Assembly (NCBI GenBank): GCA_041662125.1
Contig: JBAZTA010000002.1
Span: 396,154-460,153, forward strand
Length of the DNA stretch: 64,000 nt
DNA from: Candidatus Omnitrophota bacterium
GTDB taxonomy: Bacteria > Omnitrophota > Gorgyraeia > Gygaellales > Profunditerraquicolaceae
Reading direction: 5' to 3'
How positions within the stretch are numbered: position 1 is the stretch's first letter; the number at the start of each line of letters is the position of its first letter. The notes below the pieces were generated by a model that worked only from the letters and a program-made list of their open reading frames with translations, made no database searches and had not been told where the DNA came from. Positions 25,247 through 35,210 of the stretch are shown piece by piece. Made by a program: the position numbers and the translations under genes.

Positions 25247-26275
25247 GTGAAATATGCTGTCATAAAAAAAGATGACCTGAATAAGTGGGTTACGCATTTA
25301 ATGAAAAAAGCTCGGGTTTACGCGCCGAAGAAAAAAGAGAGCAGTTTTGTCTTTCGTCCTGTCAAGGATGTCGCTGATATCTGCCTGAAATATATTCCGA
25401 CCATCCTTCCTCCTAAAAAATACTATTTTCCTCAAAAAGAAAAACTATTAAAATTCAGCGTTAAACCTTTTAAAACATCCAAGGCGATAAAAGAATTTGA
25501 GGAGTTTATCCTTTTTGGCGTGCATACCTGCGATGTTGCCGGTATCCAGTGCATGGATGTGGTATTCCGTCAAGAGCCTGAAGACCCTAATTATCTCAAC
25601 CGTAAAGATAAGATGTCCATTATTGGCATTGAATGCCTGGAATATTGCGATAAGTTTGCTAATTGTACGGTCATGGGCAACCATGTCCCGCGCGGCGGGT
25701 ATGATTTAATGATGATTGATATAGGCTCGCAGTTTGTGCTGCATATTAATTCTGAAAAAGGCGAGCAGTTGATCAAAGGCCTGGCGTATATAAAAGAAGC
25801 CGGCCCGAAAGATATGGATGCTTTAGCAAATGCTCGAGAGGCAAAGAAAAAAATCTTCAAACAGGAATTTAATACTTCATTGCCGAAAGTCTATGAAGCT
25901 TTCGATAAGTCTTTTGCATCCAAAGTCTGGGAAGATCTCGGTAAGCGCTGTGTCGGCTGCGGTAATTGTACGGCGGTTTGCCCCACCTGTTATTGTTTTG
26001 ATGTTATGGATGATATGGCGCTCTCATTACAAGATGGCGTGCGTTACCGGATATGGAATTCCTGCCAGATGGATGATTTCGCTAAAGTTGCAGGGGGAGA
26101 GGATTTCAGGAAAGGCCGCGACGGGCGGCAGCGCCATCGCTATTACCGAAAATTTAAGTATCCGGTTGATAAATTTAACCGCTACTTTTGCACCGGCTGC
26201 GGCCGTTGTACGAGGGCGTGTATGGCAGAGATCAATTTGGTAGATACCGTTAATTCCCTGGTTGGGACGATTTAA
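25247..26275 (+). CDS. [NiFe] hydrogenase group 3b-like beta subunit (4Fe-4S ferredoxin-type)
   Basis: CVGCGNCTAVCPTCYC and CTGCGRCTRACM 4Fe-4S motifs. First gene of the beta-gamma-delta-alpha order seen in sulfhydrogenase-type operons. GTG start after a GGAGG RBS. Confidence 0.7.
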   Translation: MKYAVIKKDDLNKWVTHLMKKARVYAPKKKESSFVFRPVKDVADICLKYIPTILPPKKYYFPQKEKLLKFSVKPFKTSKAIKEFEEFILFGVHTCDVAGIQCMDVVFRQEPEDPNYLNRKDKMSIIGIECLEYCDKFANCTVMGNHVPRGGYDLMMIDIGSQFVLHINSEKGEQLIKGLAYIKEAGPKDMDALANAREAKKKIFKQEFNTSLPKVYEAFDKSFASKVWEDLGKRCVGCGNCTAVCPTCYCFDVMDDMALSLQDGVRYRIWNSCQMDDFAKVAGGEDFRKGRDGRQRHRYYRKFKYPVDKFNRYFCTGCGRCTRACMAEINLVDTVNSLVGTI

Positions 26276-26311
26276 TAAGCGCGCGCGAGAGTAAATAAAG
26301 GAGAAACAATC

Positions 26312-27178
26312 ATGATTGACCGAGAGATACTTTTAGAGCATATGAAGACCTCTCCCTATAAGCCGATGAAGGGGAAGATCCTTGAGGCTCGGATGCTTAC
26401 CGAAAAGGAGAAGTTTTTCAGGATCGAGTTGGAAGGAAAGACTAACCTCGCTCACGAGCCGGGGCAGTTTGTCATGGTTTCGATATTCGGCTATGGAGAA
26501 GCCCCGATCTCCATATGTTCTTCGCCGACCGACAAAGGTTATTTTGATCTGACCGTCAGAAACGTCGGGACATTGACCAATGCTTTGCATCGCTTAGGCG
26601 CGGGTGATATCGTCGGTATCCGCGGCCCCTTCGGGATTGGTTTTCCTATCGGGAACATGTTCGGGTTTGACCTGGTTATCGTTGCAGGCGGTTTAGGTAT
26701 TGTGCCGCTGCGGTCATTGATACGCTATATTATGCATAACCGCAATGATTTCGGAGAAGTCCAGATCCTGCTTGGCTGCAGGACCCCGAAAGAGCTTTTA
26801 TTTAAAGAAGAAACCCATGATTGGCAGCGCAGGGCGGAAATTAAATTTAATTGCACGGTGGATAAAGCCGATCCTGAATGGACGGGTAATGTCGGTTTGA
26901 TCACTACCCTTATCCCGGGTGTTGATATTAATCCGACCCGTACCTATGGAGTTGTTGTCGGCCCGCCTATCATGTATAAATTTGTCATTACCAAACTTAT
27001 TGAGAAAAATATCCCTGATCATCAGATCATTGTTTCTCTTGAACGCAGGATGAAATGCGGGCTTGGTAAATGCGGCCATTGCCAGATCGAAGGTATGTAT
27101 GTCTGCCAGTCCGGCCCTGTATTCAATTATAGCCAGTTAAAAAATTTTAAAGGAGAATGCCATGAAAAAGCAATCTAA
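26312..27178 (+). CDS. [NiFe] hydrogenase gamma subunit (FAD/NAD(P)-binding, 2Fe-2S)
   Basis: PyrK-like oxidoreductase fold with C-terminal CGLGKCGHCQ motif. Confidence 0.7.
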   Translation: MIDREILLEHMKTSPYKPMKGKILEARMLTEKEKFFRIELEGKTNLAHEPGQFVMVSIFGYGEAPISICSSPTDKGYFDLTVRNVGTLTNALHRLGAGDIVGIRGPFGIGFPIGNMFGFDLVIVAGGLGIVPLRSLIRYIMHNRNDFGEVQILLGCRTPKELLFKEETHDWQRRAEIKFNCTVDKADPEWTGNVGLITTLIPGVDINPTRTYGVVVGPPIMYKFVITKLIEKNIPDHQIIVSLERRMKCGLGKCGHCQIEGMYVCQSGPVFNYSQLKNFKGECHEKAI

Positions 27179-27926
27179 GCCAAAAGTGGCTTTTTTCGAT
27201 TTTTCCGATTGTGAAGGCTGCCAATTGCAGTTTGCCAATATGGGGGAGACGCTTTTAGCGATCACCGACTTGGTGGATATCGTGAATTTCCGTGAGATCA
27301 TGTCGGAAAACGGACAGGATTATGATATTGCTTTTATTGAAGGCAGTATCACTACCGACCATGATGTCGTGCGTATTAAAGCTATCAGGGAAAAAGCAAA
27401 AGTCATTATTTCATTGGGGGCCTGCGCTACTATCGGCGGCGTCAATGGGATCAAAAACCGCGCGCCGCTTGATGTTGCCAAACAGCGGGTCTATGGAGAT
27501 AAGGCTCATCTGATCAATACTATTAAGACTATGCCGGTGCACGCAGTGGTTAAAGTGGATTATTTTATTAATGGCTGTCCGGTGTATATCCCTGAAGTTG
27601 TCGCGGTGCTTAAATGCCTGCTTATGGGCAAGCCGTATGTGGTGCCCAATTATTCTGTTTGTACTGAATGTAAAAGCAATGAAAATGTCTGCCGGTATGA
27701 GAAAGACCAGGAATGTATGGGGCCGGTTACCAGGGCAGGATGTAACTCATGGTGTGTTAATAACGGGAACAGGTGTTATGGATGCAGAGGGTTAGTGGAT
27801 AATCCCGCCTCAAACGGCCAGAAAGATATTTTAGTGAAATACGGTTTAAAACTCGATGATGTTTTACGGCATTTTACCTTATATAACGATTCAATGGGAG
27901 AGAAATATGACAAAGAATTCAAATAA
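27162..27926 (+). CDS. [NiFe] hydrogenase small (delta) subunit
   Basis: FDFSDCEGCQLQ proximal-cluster motif of the NuoB/hydrogenase small-subunit family. Additional Cys clusters for medial and distal FeS. Confidence 0.75.
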   Translation: MKKQSKPKVAFFDFSDCEGCQLQFANMGETLLAITDLVDIVNFREIMSENGQDYDIAFIEGSITTDHDVVRIKAIREKAKVIISLGACATIGGVNGIKNRAPLDVAKQRVYGDKAHLINTIKTMPVHAVVKVDYFINGCPVYIPEVVAVLKCLLMGKPYVVPNYSVCTECKSNENVCRYEKDQECMGPVTRAGCNSWCVNNGNRCYGCRGLVDNPASNGQKDILVKYGLKLDDVLRHFTLYNDSMGEKYDKEFK

Positions 27927-29259
27927 GACGATTTCTAAAGATGTCAAAGTTGATGTGCAATACCTAACACGGGTGGAAGGCCATGGAAGTATCGTGGTTG
28001 ATGTCAAAGACGGTACCATGACTAAATGCGAGTTCCAGGTTATTGAATCGCCCCGGTTTTTTGAATCGATGCTGGTGGGCCGCTCGATCTGGGAAGCGCA
28101 GCATATTACCAGCCGTATCTGCGGGATCTGCGCCTGCGGCCATACACTGGCCAGCCTCAAGGCAGCTGAAGCAGCTTTACAGGTGACTCCTTCGGAAGAA
28201 ACCGTTATGCTGCGTAAACTGCTTTTGCATACTGAGCAGCTTGACAGCCATATTTTACATATCTATGTTCTTATTGCTCCGGATTTATTGGGGGTAAAGA
28301 GTATTGTTCCTCTTATTAAAACACATCGTCCGGTCATTGAGATGGCGCTGCGCATGAAACGCATGAGTGATTATGCCGGAGAGGTGCTCGCGGGCCGCCA
28401 TATCCACCCAATTAGTTATGTCGTTGGTGGTTTGACGCAGATGCCTTCACGTGAAGGTTTGGAGAAACTCTATGAGATGATGCTGGAGAGCCGTAAAGAC
28501 GGCCTTGAAACGGTTAAGATCATTAAAACACTGAAGTTCCCAGAGTTCCAGCGTCCGACGCAGTATTTGTCGCTTTCCAGTAATGAAGAATACGCGATGT
28601 ATGACGGAGATCTGGTGGTTAATAACGGACAGAGGACCAAGGTTGCAGATTATAAGAATTTGTTGACCGAAACCGTTAATGATTACTCTAAGGCCAAGAT
28701 CGCTACCATTAATAGTAAATCTTACGCGGTGGGCGCATTAGCGCGGTTCAATAATAATTACAATCTGCTCAATAAACCGGCTAAAGCGGTTGCTCAAGAG
28801 CTCGGCTTAAAGGCGCCGGTTCATAATCCGTATTTGAATACTGCCGCTCAGTTGGTAGAGTGGGTGCATTGCCTGGAAGAATCGATTGCGATCTTAAAGA
28901 AGATCTTGAAAGACGGCTTAGATGAAAAGAAAGTGGTTGTAAACTCCTGGCCGAAGAGAAGCGAAGTTGCTGCTAAGAAATATACTCCCAATACCGGTGC
29001 CGGTGCTGTGGAAGTGCCGCGAGGGACGTTATTCCATGAGTATACTATTGATGATACCGGCCATATTACGCATGCGAATTGTGTCATTCCGACTAATCAG
29101 AATATCGGCAATCTTGAAGATGATATGAGAAAGATCGTCCCGGAAATGGTGGGCCGCTTATCTCAGGATGATATAACGCTTAAATTAGAGATGCTCGCGC
29201 GGGCATATGATCCGTGTATATCGTGCGCGACCCATCTTTTAGATGTAAAATTTGTCTAA
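27907..29259 (+). CDS. [NiFe] hydrogenase large (alpha) subunit
   Basis: N-terminal RICGICACGH (L1 CxxC) and C-terminal DPCISCATH (L2 CxxC) Ni-Fe ligating motifs. ATG at 27907 with RBS. Confidence 0.8.
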   Translation: MTKNSNKTISKDVKVDVQYLTRVEGHGSIVVDVKDGTMTKCEFQVIESPRFFESMLVGRSIWEAQHITSRICGICACGHTLASLKAAEAALQVTPSEETVMLRKLLLHTEQLDSHILHIYVLIAPDLLGVKSIVPLIKTHRPVIEMALRMKRMSDYAGEVLAGRHIHPISYVVGGLTQMPSREGLEKLYEMMLESRKDGLETVKIIKTLKFPEFQRPTQYLSLSSNEEYAMYDGDLVVNNGQRTKVADYKNLLTETVNDYSKAKIATINSKSYAVGALARFNNNYNLLNKPAKAVAQELGLKAPVHNPYLNTAAQLVEWVHCLEESIAILKKILKDGLDEKKVVVNSWPKRSEVAAKKYTPNTGAGAVEVPRGTLFHEYTIDDTGHITHANCVIPTNQNIGNLEDDMRKIVPEMVGRLSQDDITLKLEMLARAYDPCISCATHLLDVKFV

Positions 29260-29722
29260 AAAAAGAGCTGTTATAGGTTTAGGGAATACGTTGAGGAGAG
29301 ACGATGGGATCGGTATTCTGGTTCTTGAATCTCTCTTCGCTGTTTATAAGCGCCAGAATATCGATTACCTGGATTTTGGGACCGCCAGTTTCGATCTTCT
29401 CTTTAAGTTTCAGGAGTATTCGCAAGTCCTTTTGATCGATGCCATTGATGCCGGCCTTGCGCCGGGGGAGCTGGCTATTTTTGACTTGAGCCAAATGCGC
29501 GCCGATGAACTACCTATGGTTATTTCTTCGCATGAGCTTAACCTGAAAAGTATTTTTGAACTCGCCAGGAAATTTGAGGTTAAAGCAAAGATCTATGTCG
29601 CCGGCATTCAGGTCCAGGATGTGGCTCATGGGGAAGGTTTGAGCCTTAAGCTTGCAGATAGAAAAGAAGCGATCGTAAGCGAGATCAGCGAGTTTATCGA
29701 TAAAAAGTTTGTGAATGCATAG
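29252..29722 (+). CDS. Hydrogenase maturation endopeptidase (HycI/HoxW family)
   Basis: GLGNTLRRDDGIG signature of the hydrogenase C-terminal processing protease. Length 156 aa. Confidence 0.7.
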   Translation: MSKKRAVIGLGNTLRRDDGIGILVLESLFAVYKRQNIDYLDFGTASFDLLFKFQEYSQVLLIDAIDAGLAPGELAIFDLSQMRADELPMVISSHELNLKSIFELARKFEVKAKIYVAGIQVQDVAHGEGLSLKLADRKEAIVSEISEFIDKKFVNA

Positions 29723-29729
29723 TTTATTT

Positions 29730-29858
29730 AAGACCCGGTCTTATCTGTAACTGAGGTTGACAACTCAAGACCGGGTCTTGTTTAGTCGGGGGTACGGTTT
29801 TCTGCCGTAAGACCGGGACTTGAGATGTTGTGTTTTATTATGGATAAGTCCCGGTCTT
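29730..29858. repeat. REP-like palindromic element cluster (between hycI and gcvT)
   Basis: Four units: AAGACCCGGTCTT (29730-29742), AAGACCGGGTCTT (29767-29779), AAGACCGGGACTT (29809-29821), AAGTCCCGGTCTT (29846-29858). Also contains the CGGGGGTACGGTTTTCTGCCGTAAGACC motif. Confidence 0.7.
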
Positions 29859-30004
29859 GACTAATTAAGTTTTTTTTACTATAATAAGTATAAGTAGTTT
29901 TCTTTCTTACAATCCCGTTTAAAAAAGCAGTATTTAGTTCTTATCCGAGAAGCCGGCTATGGCTTATGGGGTAACCTCCTATGTATCTGCCTTTTCCTTG
30001 AGAT

Positions 30005-31099
30005 ATGGATCTTAAACAAACTCCGTTAACAGAAGAACATAAGAAATTAGGCGCTCAGATGGGGCCGTTTGGCGGATGGCTGATGCCTATTCAATACAGC
30101 GGAATCCTTACCGAACACGCTTGGACCCGCCAGCAGGTTTCATTATTTGATATCTGCCATATGGGTGAGTTTTTGATCTATGGAGACCCGCAGAAAAGCG
30201 GGTTAAACAGGATCGTTTCAGCTAATCTTGAGGTAATGAGTGTGGGCAGCTGCCGCTATACTTCCATGTTAAATGAGGCTGGTGGGATTATCGACGATTT
30301 GATCGTTTACCGGCTCAAACCTGATCAATGGATGTTTGTGGTCAATGCCTCCCGTATTGATATTGACGCGGCTCATATTAAACGTTATTTGTCCAAAGAC
30401 GCCAAATTTGAAGATTTATCCGCGCGGCTTGGTAAGCTTGACCTGCAAGGGCCTCGGGCGTATGATGTTTTGCGCCAGCTCTTGGGACCAGGGATTTCCG
30501 CGTTAACGTATTACACCTTTGATCATTTTGTGTTGTTGGGTGAGAATAATGTTGTCAGCCGTACCGGTTATACCGGCGAATTAGGCTATGAATTATATCT
30601 CAGCAATGAAAAGATCACCGACCTCTGGAAGCTGCTCTTAAAAGACAATCTGGTCAAGCCCGCGGGATTAGGCGCGCGGGATACTTTGCGGTTGGAAATG
30701 GGCTACACCCTTTACGGCCAGGATATAGATGAAAATATCACTCCGCTTGAAGCCGGTATGGAGAAATTTATCGATTTGAAAAAAGATTTTATCGGGCGTG
30801 ATGCCCTTATCGCCAAACAGAAAAGCGGCGATGCGCGAAAGCTTGTTTATTTTGCTGCTGAATCACGCCGCGCCCCGCGCCATAATTATAAGATTTACTC
30901 AGGGACTAAAGAAATCGGGGTAGTGACCAGCGGTTCTTTTTCGCCCAGCCTTTCTTATGGTATTGGTATGGGGTATGTTACCGGGGGCTATGATTTGGTT
31001 GGCACCAAGATCAGTGTCAGAGACAATACTGATAAATCTGAGATCTTGGCGTCAATAATCAATAAACCGTTTTACCGCCGGAGTTCTTTAAAAAAATAG
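30005..31099 (+). CDS. gcvT: Glycine cleavage system T protein (aminomethyltransferase)
   Basis: GcvT family similarity across the full length. First gene of the gcv cluster. Confidence 0.8.
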   Translation: MDLKQTPLTEEHKKLGAQMGPFGGWLMPIQYSGILTEHAWTRQQVSLFDICHMGEFLIYGDPQKSGLNRIVSANLEVMSVGSCRYTSMLNEAGGIIDDLIVYRLKPDQWMFVVNASRIDIDAAHIKRYLSKDAKFEDLSARLGKLDLQGPRAYDVLRQLLGPGISALTYYTFDHFVLLGENNVVSRTGYTGELGYELYLSNEKITDLWKLLLKDNLVKPAGLGARDTLRLEMGYTLYGQDIDENITPLEAGMEKFIDLKKDFIGRDALIAKQKSGDARKLVYFAAESRRAPRHNYKIYSGTKEIGVVTSGSFSPSLSYGIGMGYVTGGYDLVGTKISVRDNTDKSEILASIINKPFYRRSSLKK

Positions 31100-31113
31100 A
31101 AGGGGGAGGAGCG

Positions 31114-31500
31114 ATGAATATTCCTGAAGGGCTCATGTATACCAAAGAGCATGAATGGGCAAAGATTGATGGGGCGCAGGCGACTGTGGGTATTACCGAC
31201 TACGCGCAGCATTCCCTGGGAGATATTACGTTTGTAGAACTTCCTAAGGTTGGGCAGAGTGTCACTCAAACTAAATTTTTAGCGACCGTGGAATCAGTGA
31301 AAGCTGCGTCTGATGTCTACGCGCCGCTTTCAGGTAATGTCATAAAGGTCAATGAGTCACTCAAGAGCTCTCCTGAGACGATTAATCAATCTCCGTATGA
31401 GAATGGATGGTTGGCGCTCATTGGAATTAAAGACCTGAAAGAAAGGGGCAGCCTTATGTCTGCTGCCGCGTATAAAACGTATGTAGAAGGATTGTCATAA
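31114..31500 (+). CDS. gcvH: Glycine cleavage system H protein
   Basis: Lipoyl-lysine motif ESVKAASDVY. Length 128 aa. Confidence 0.85.
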   Translation: MNIPEGLMYTKEHEWAKIDGAQATVGITDYAQHSLGDITFVELPKVGQSVTQTKFLATVESVKAASDVYAPLSGNVIKVNESLKSSPETINQSPYENGWLALIGIKDLKERGSLMSAAAYKTYVEGLS

Positions 31501-32837
31501 TGAACTATATTCCGCACACAGAAAAAGAAATCAAGGAAATGCTTAGGGTTATCGGTGTTTCCGGTATTGAGGATCTTTTTAAGGATATTGCTCCTGATCT
31601 GCGGGCCAAGTCATTTCGTCTGCCCGACGGGAAATCAGAGTTTGAGGTCCTGGAATATTTGCGGGGACTCGGGAGGCAGAATAAACAGGGGCTGATCAGT
31701 TTCTTAGGGGCGGGATTTTACGATCATTATATCCCGGCGGTCGTAGATGCGCTTTCCAGCCGTTCTGAGTTTTACACCGCGTATACGCCCTATCAGCCGG
31801 AATGTTCTCAAGGGTGGCTGCAGGCAATATATGAATATCAGACGGCTATTTGCGAGTTGACGGGGCTGGATGTGTCTAACGCGTCGTTATACGACGGCGG
31901 GACCGCGTTGTATGAAGCGGCAATGATGGCAGTGCGCTCGACCGGCAGGAAGAAAATATTGGTAGATTGCGGACTTAATTATATATACCGTACCATGCTC
32001 TATACGTATACGTCGAATTTGAACATTGAATTTGTGGAGATTCCTGTTGTGCACGGACAGAGCTGCAGGAATAGTGTTAAACAGTACCTTGATGAGGCGA
32101 CCGCGGCGGTCGTCATTCAGAACCCGAATTTTTTTGGCGTGATCGATGATCATTCCGATATTATAGAAAAAGCACACCAGATGGGGGCGCTGGTTATCGC
32201 CAGCGTCTATCCAGTCTCTTTAGGGATATTGAAGTCTCCCGGTGAAATGGGCGTTGATATCGCTACCGGAGAAGGCCAGAGTTTAGGGTTGCCGCTTTCT
32301 TTCGGCGGGCCGTACCTGGGTTTTATTGCCGCGCGCACGCAGCTTATGCGCCAGATGCCCGGCAGGATCGTCGGGGCAAGTGTCGACCAGGACGGAAAGC
32401 GTGGTTTTGTTTTGACACTCCAGGCGCGCGAGCAGCATATCAGAAGGGAAAAAGCTACTTCGAATATATGTTCTAATGAAGCTCTCTGCGCTTTACGGGC
32501 GCTTATTTTCCTGTGCAGCGTGGGACGCAATGGATTAAAAGAGCTGGCTGAACTTAATTTTCAAAAGTGCGAGTTTGCCAAGGATTGTTTGAGTAAGATC
32601 CCCGGTGTGGAAGTCAAACGCAGTTCTCCTACCTTTAACGAGTTTACGGTTAAACTTCCGCAGAGCGCGCAAAAGGTTTTTGCCGCGATGCTCAAAAAAG
32701 GTTTTATCAGCGGTTTTCCCCTCGGACAATTTTATAAAGGTATGGATGATTATCTTTTGGTGACGGTAACGGAAAAAAAGACGAAAGCAGAGATCACGGC
32801 GTTTGCAACATCTCTCAAGGAGATACTATGCAGTTGA
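31500..32837 (+). CDS. gcvPA: Glycine dehydrogenase (decarboxylating) subunit 1
   Basis: N-terminal half of the split P-protein. Length 445 aa. Confidence 0.8.
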   Translation: MNYIPHTEKEIKEMLRVIGVSGIEDLFKDIAPDLRAKSFRLPDGKSEFEVLEYLRGLGRQNKQGLISFLGAGFYDHYIPAVVDALSSRSEFYTAYTPYQPECSQGWLQAIYEYQTAICELTGLDVSNASLYDGGTALYEAAMMAVRSTGRKKILVDCGLNYIYRTMLYTYTSNLNIEFVEIPVVHGQSCRNSVKQYLDEATAAVVIQNPNFFGVIDDHSDIIEKAHQMGALVIASVYPVSLGILKSPGEMGVDIATGEGQSLGLPLSFGGPYLGFIAARTQLMRQMPGRIVGASVDQDGKRGFVLTLQAREQHIRREKATSNICSNEALCALRALIFLCSVGRNGLKELAELNFQKCEFAKDCLSKIPGVEVKRSSPTFNEFTVKLPQSAQKVFAAMLKKGFISGFPLGQFYKGMDDYLLVTVTEKKTKAEITAFATSLKEILCS

Positions 32838-34282
32838 TCTATGAGAAAACAGTCCCGGGAAGGACAGGAGTTAAACTTCCGCAGAACGATCTTCCTTCCA
32901 AAAAGAAATTTCCTGAAAAATATCGCAGGTCAACACTTGCGCATTTGCCTGAGGTTTCTGAGTTGGATGTTGTCAGGCATTTTACCAATTTGTCGCGCTT
33001 GAATTATTCCGTTGACGGTAATTTTTATCCGCTTGGTTCCTGCACGATGAAATATAACCCGAAATTCACCGAGAATGCGGCTGCGTTAGAAGGTTTTGTT
33101 GGCTTGCATCCGATGCTCTGCCGCGTGCCGAAAGCAGAGGCGTTGGTGCAGGGGGGATTGGTTGTGGTTGCAGAAATGGAAAGGCTTTTAGCCGAGATCA
33201 CGGGTATGGCTGCTTTTACGACACAGCCGCTGGCAGGGGCCCATGGTGAGTTAACTGGAGTCATGGTGATCGCCGCCTATCATAAACATATGGGGAACGC
33301 TCGAAAATATATCCTTGTTCCTGATTCTTCCCACGGGACTAATCCTGCGAGTGCCGCGATCGCCGGTTACACGGTGGTGGTTATTCCGACTGATAAAGAC
33401 GGGTTCATGGACTTAAGCGAATATAAAAATAAATTAAACCAGGATGTTGCCGCGGTGATGCTGACCTGTCCTGACACCTTAGGCATTTTTAATCCCCGGA
33501 TAAAAGAGATCGCCGATCTGGCCCATCAGGCGGGAGCGCTTATGTATTATGACGGGGCAAACCTGAATGCCATGATGGGCAAGGCCAGGCCTGGAGATTT
33601 GGGGTTTGATGTGGTGCATCTGAATTTGCATAAGACATTCGCCACCCCCCATGGCGGCGGCGGGCCGGGGGCCGGGCCGGTGGGAGTAAGTAAACGTTTA
33701 ATTGACTTTCTGCCAACACCCCGGGTGGTCAAGAATAAATCGGGGAGTTACTCGCTTGATTTTGACAGCCAAAGATCTATCGGGCATATCGCGCCGTTCT
33801 TCGGTAATTTCGGGGTTATCTTAAAAGCCTACGCGTATATCCTGTCTTTAGGAAAACAGGGTTTGATCGATGCCAGTGAAATTGCCGTCTTGAATGCCAA
33901 CTATTGCCGCGTGCGGCTTAAAGAGTATTATGAACCGGCATTTGACCGGATATGTATGCATGAGTGCGTTTTTTCTGCTTGCCGTCAGGTAGCCTGCGGG
34001 GTGCACGCCCTTGATATCGCCAAGTTCCTTATTGATAAAGGGTATCACCCTCCGACTATTTATTTTCCCTTGATAGTCAAGGAAGCGTTAATGATCGAGC
34101 CGACGGAAACAGAGTCGAAAGAGACGCTTGACCGTTTTATCGATACGATGATCGAGATCGCTCTCTTAGCCAAGAATGATCCCGACACGGTGCGTCGTTC
34201 GCCGGTAACCATGCCGATCAAACGTCTTGATGAAACAAAAGCTGCACGTGAACCTGACCTGCGGTGGAAACCCGGCATTTAA
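32828..34282 (+). CDS. gcvPB: Glycine dehydrogenase (decarboxylating) subunit 2 (PLP-binding)
   Basis: C-terminal half of the P-protein with PLP-lysine region (NLHKTF). Length 484 aa. Confidence 0.8.
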   Translation: MQLIYEKTVPGRTGVKLPQNDLPSKKKFPEKYRRSTLAHLPEVSELDVVRHFTNLSRLNYSVDGNFYPLGSCTMKYNPKFTENAAALEGFVGLHPMLCRVPKAEALVQGGLVVVAEMERLLAEITGMAAFTTQPLAGAHGELTGVMVIAAYHKHMGNARKYILVPDSSHGTNPASAAIAGYTVVVIPTDKDGFMDLSEYKNKLNQDVAAVMLTCPDTLGIFNPRIKEIADLAHQAGALMYYDGANLNAMMGKARPGDLGFDVVHLNLHKTFATPHGGGGPGAGPVGVSKRLIDFLPTPRVVKNKSGSYSLDFDSQRSIGHIAPFFGNFGVILKAYAYILSLGKQGLIDASEIAVLNANYCRVRLKEYYEPAFDRICMHECVFSACRQVACGVHALDIAKFLIDKGYHPPTIYFPLIVKEALMIEPTETESKETLDRFIDTMIEIALLAKNDPDTVRRSPVTMPIKRLDETKAAREPDLRWKPGI

Positions 34283-34331
34283 TCCTTTCGTGAATAATTA
34301 TTGAAGATATACTTTTAAGTTTATTGCTACC

Positions 34332-35210
34332 ATGAAGCAACCCTGGCGGTTCATACAAAGCGGTCACGCGGATGCCTATACCAATATGGCTTTTGATGAA
34401 GCTTTGTTTCAGCAATTTTCTGCCGGGGGTAGCCTGCCAACGCTACGGATCTATGGGTGGCGTCCGGCGGCATTTTCCGTCGGGTACGCGCAGGATGTGG
34501 GGGGAGTTTTACGGGTAAAAGATTGCCAGGAAAATAATATTCCTATTGTCAGAAGGATGACCGGCGGAGGAGCTGTTTTTCACCGGGATGAACTTACCTA
34601 TAGCCTGGTCTGTTTAAAAAAAGATATAGGCATAACCGGACCGGTTGTTTCTTCTTTTCGCACGCTATCCGCTTTTATTTTGAAGGCGTACCGCAAATCC
34701 GGGCTTCCTGCGGAATTTGCTTTTGCGCGCGCGCCGGAATCTTTTAAAAAGTTTAACGGTAACACTCCTTTTTGTTTCGCGGGGAAAGAAAAATACGATA
34801 TTCTTGTTGGAGGCAGGAAGATCGGCGGGAACGCGCAGAAGCGCAGCGGCGAGGTTATTTTTCAGCATGGCAGTATCCCTCTTACGTCAAGTATTGCGAT
34901 GGCAGTCAGATTCCTGCGCGATAAGCCGCAGGGGCTAGTACCTGAAATATGCTCTCTTGAAGAGACCTTGCCTGAACGTATATCCTTTGACGCGCTGGCG
35001 CTTACTTTGAAAGAATCTTTTCAGGAAACGTTCTGTGTTTACTTGAGAGAGTCCGGTTTTTCATCTGAAGAACAGGAATCGGCTCTGAGATTACGCCGGG
35101 AAAAATATTCTCTTGATGCCTGGAATATCGAGAGGGATTTTTGCCTCACGAGGGATACTCATGCATATGACGATAAAGCCGCATGCCAGAAAGCCGCGTT
35201 GGCTGAATAA
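34332..35210 (+). CDS. Lipoate-protein ligase / octanoyltransferase (BPL_LplA_LipB catalytic domain)
   Basis: LplA/LipM-like catalytic domain (RRMTGGGAVFH). Adjacent to gcvH and lipA. Confidence 0.7.
   Translation: MKQPWRFIQSGHADAYTNMAFDEALFQQFSAGGSLPTLRIYGWRPAAFSVGYAQDVGGVLRVKDCQENNIPIVRRMTGGGAVFHRDELTYSLVCLKKDIGITGPVVSSFRTLSAFILKAYRKSGLPAEFAFARAPESFKKFNGNTPFCFAGKEKYDILVGGRKIGGNAQKRSGEVIFQHGSIPLTSSIAMAVRFLRDKPQGLVPEICSLEETLPERISFDALALTLKESFQETFCVYLRESGFSSEEQESALRLRREKYSLDAWNIERDFCLTRDTHAYDDKAACQKAALAE

Noticed and set aside
29861-30004. Possible glycine riboswitch upstream of gcvT
   Set aside because: No ACCGAAGG...GCAA...CTCTGGAGAG-type conserved glycine-aptamer core is visible in the leader. 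Only the REP-like elements and an AT-rich stretch are present.
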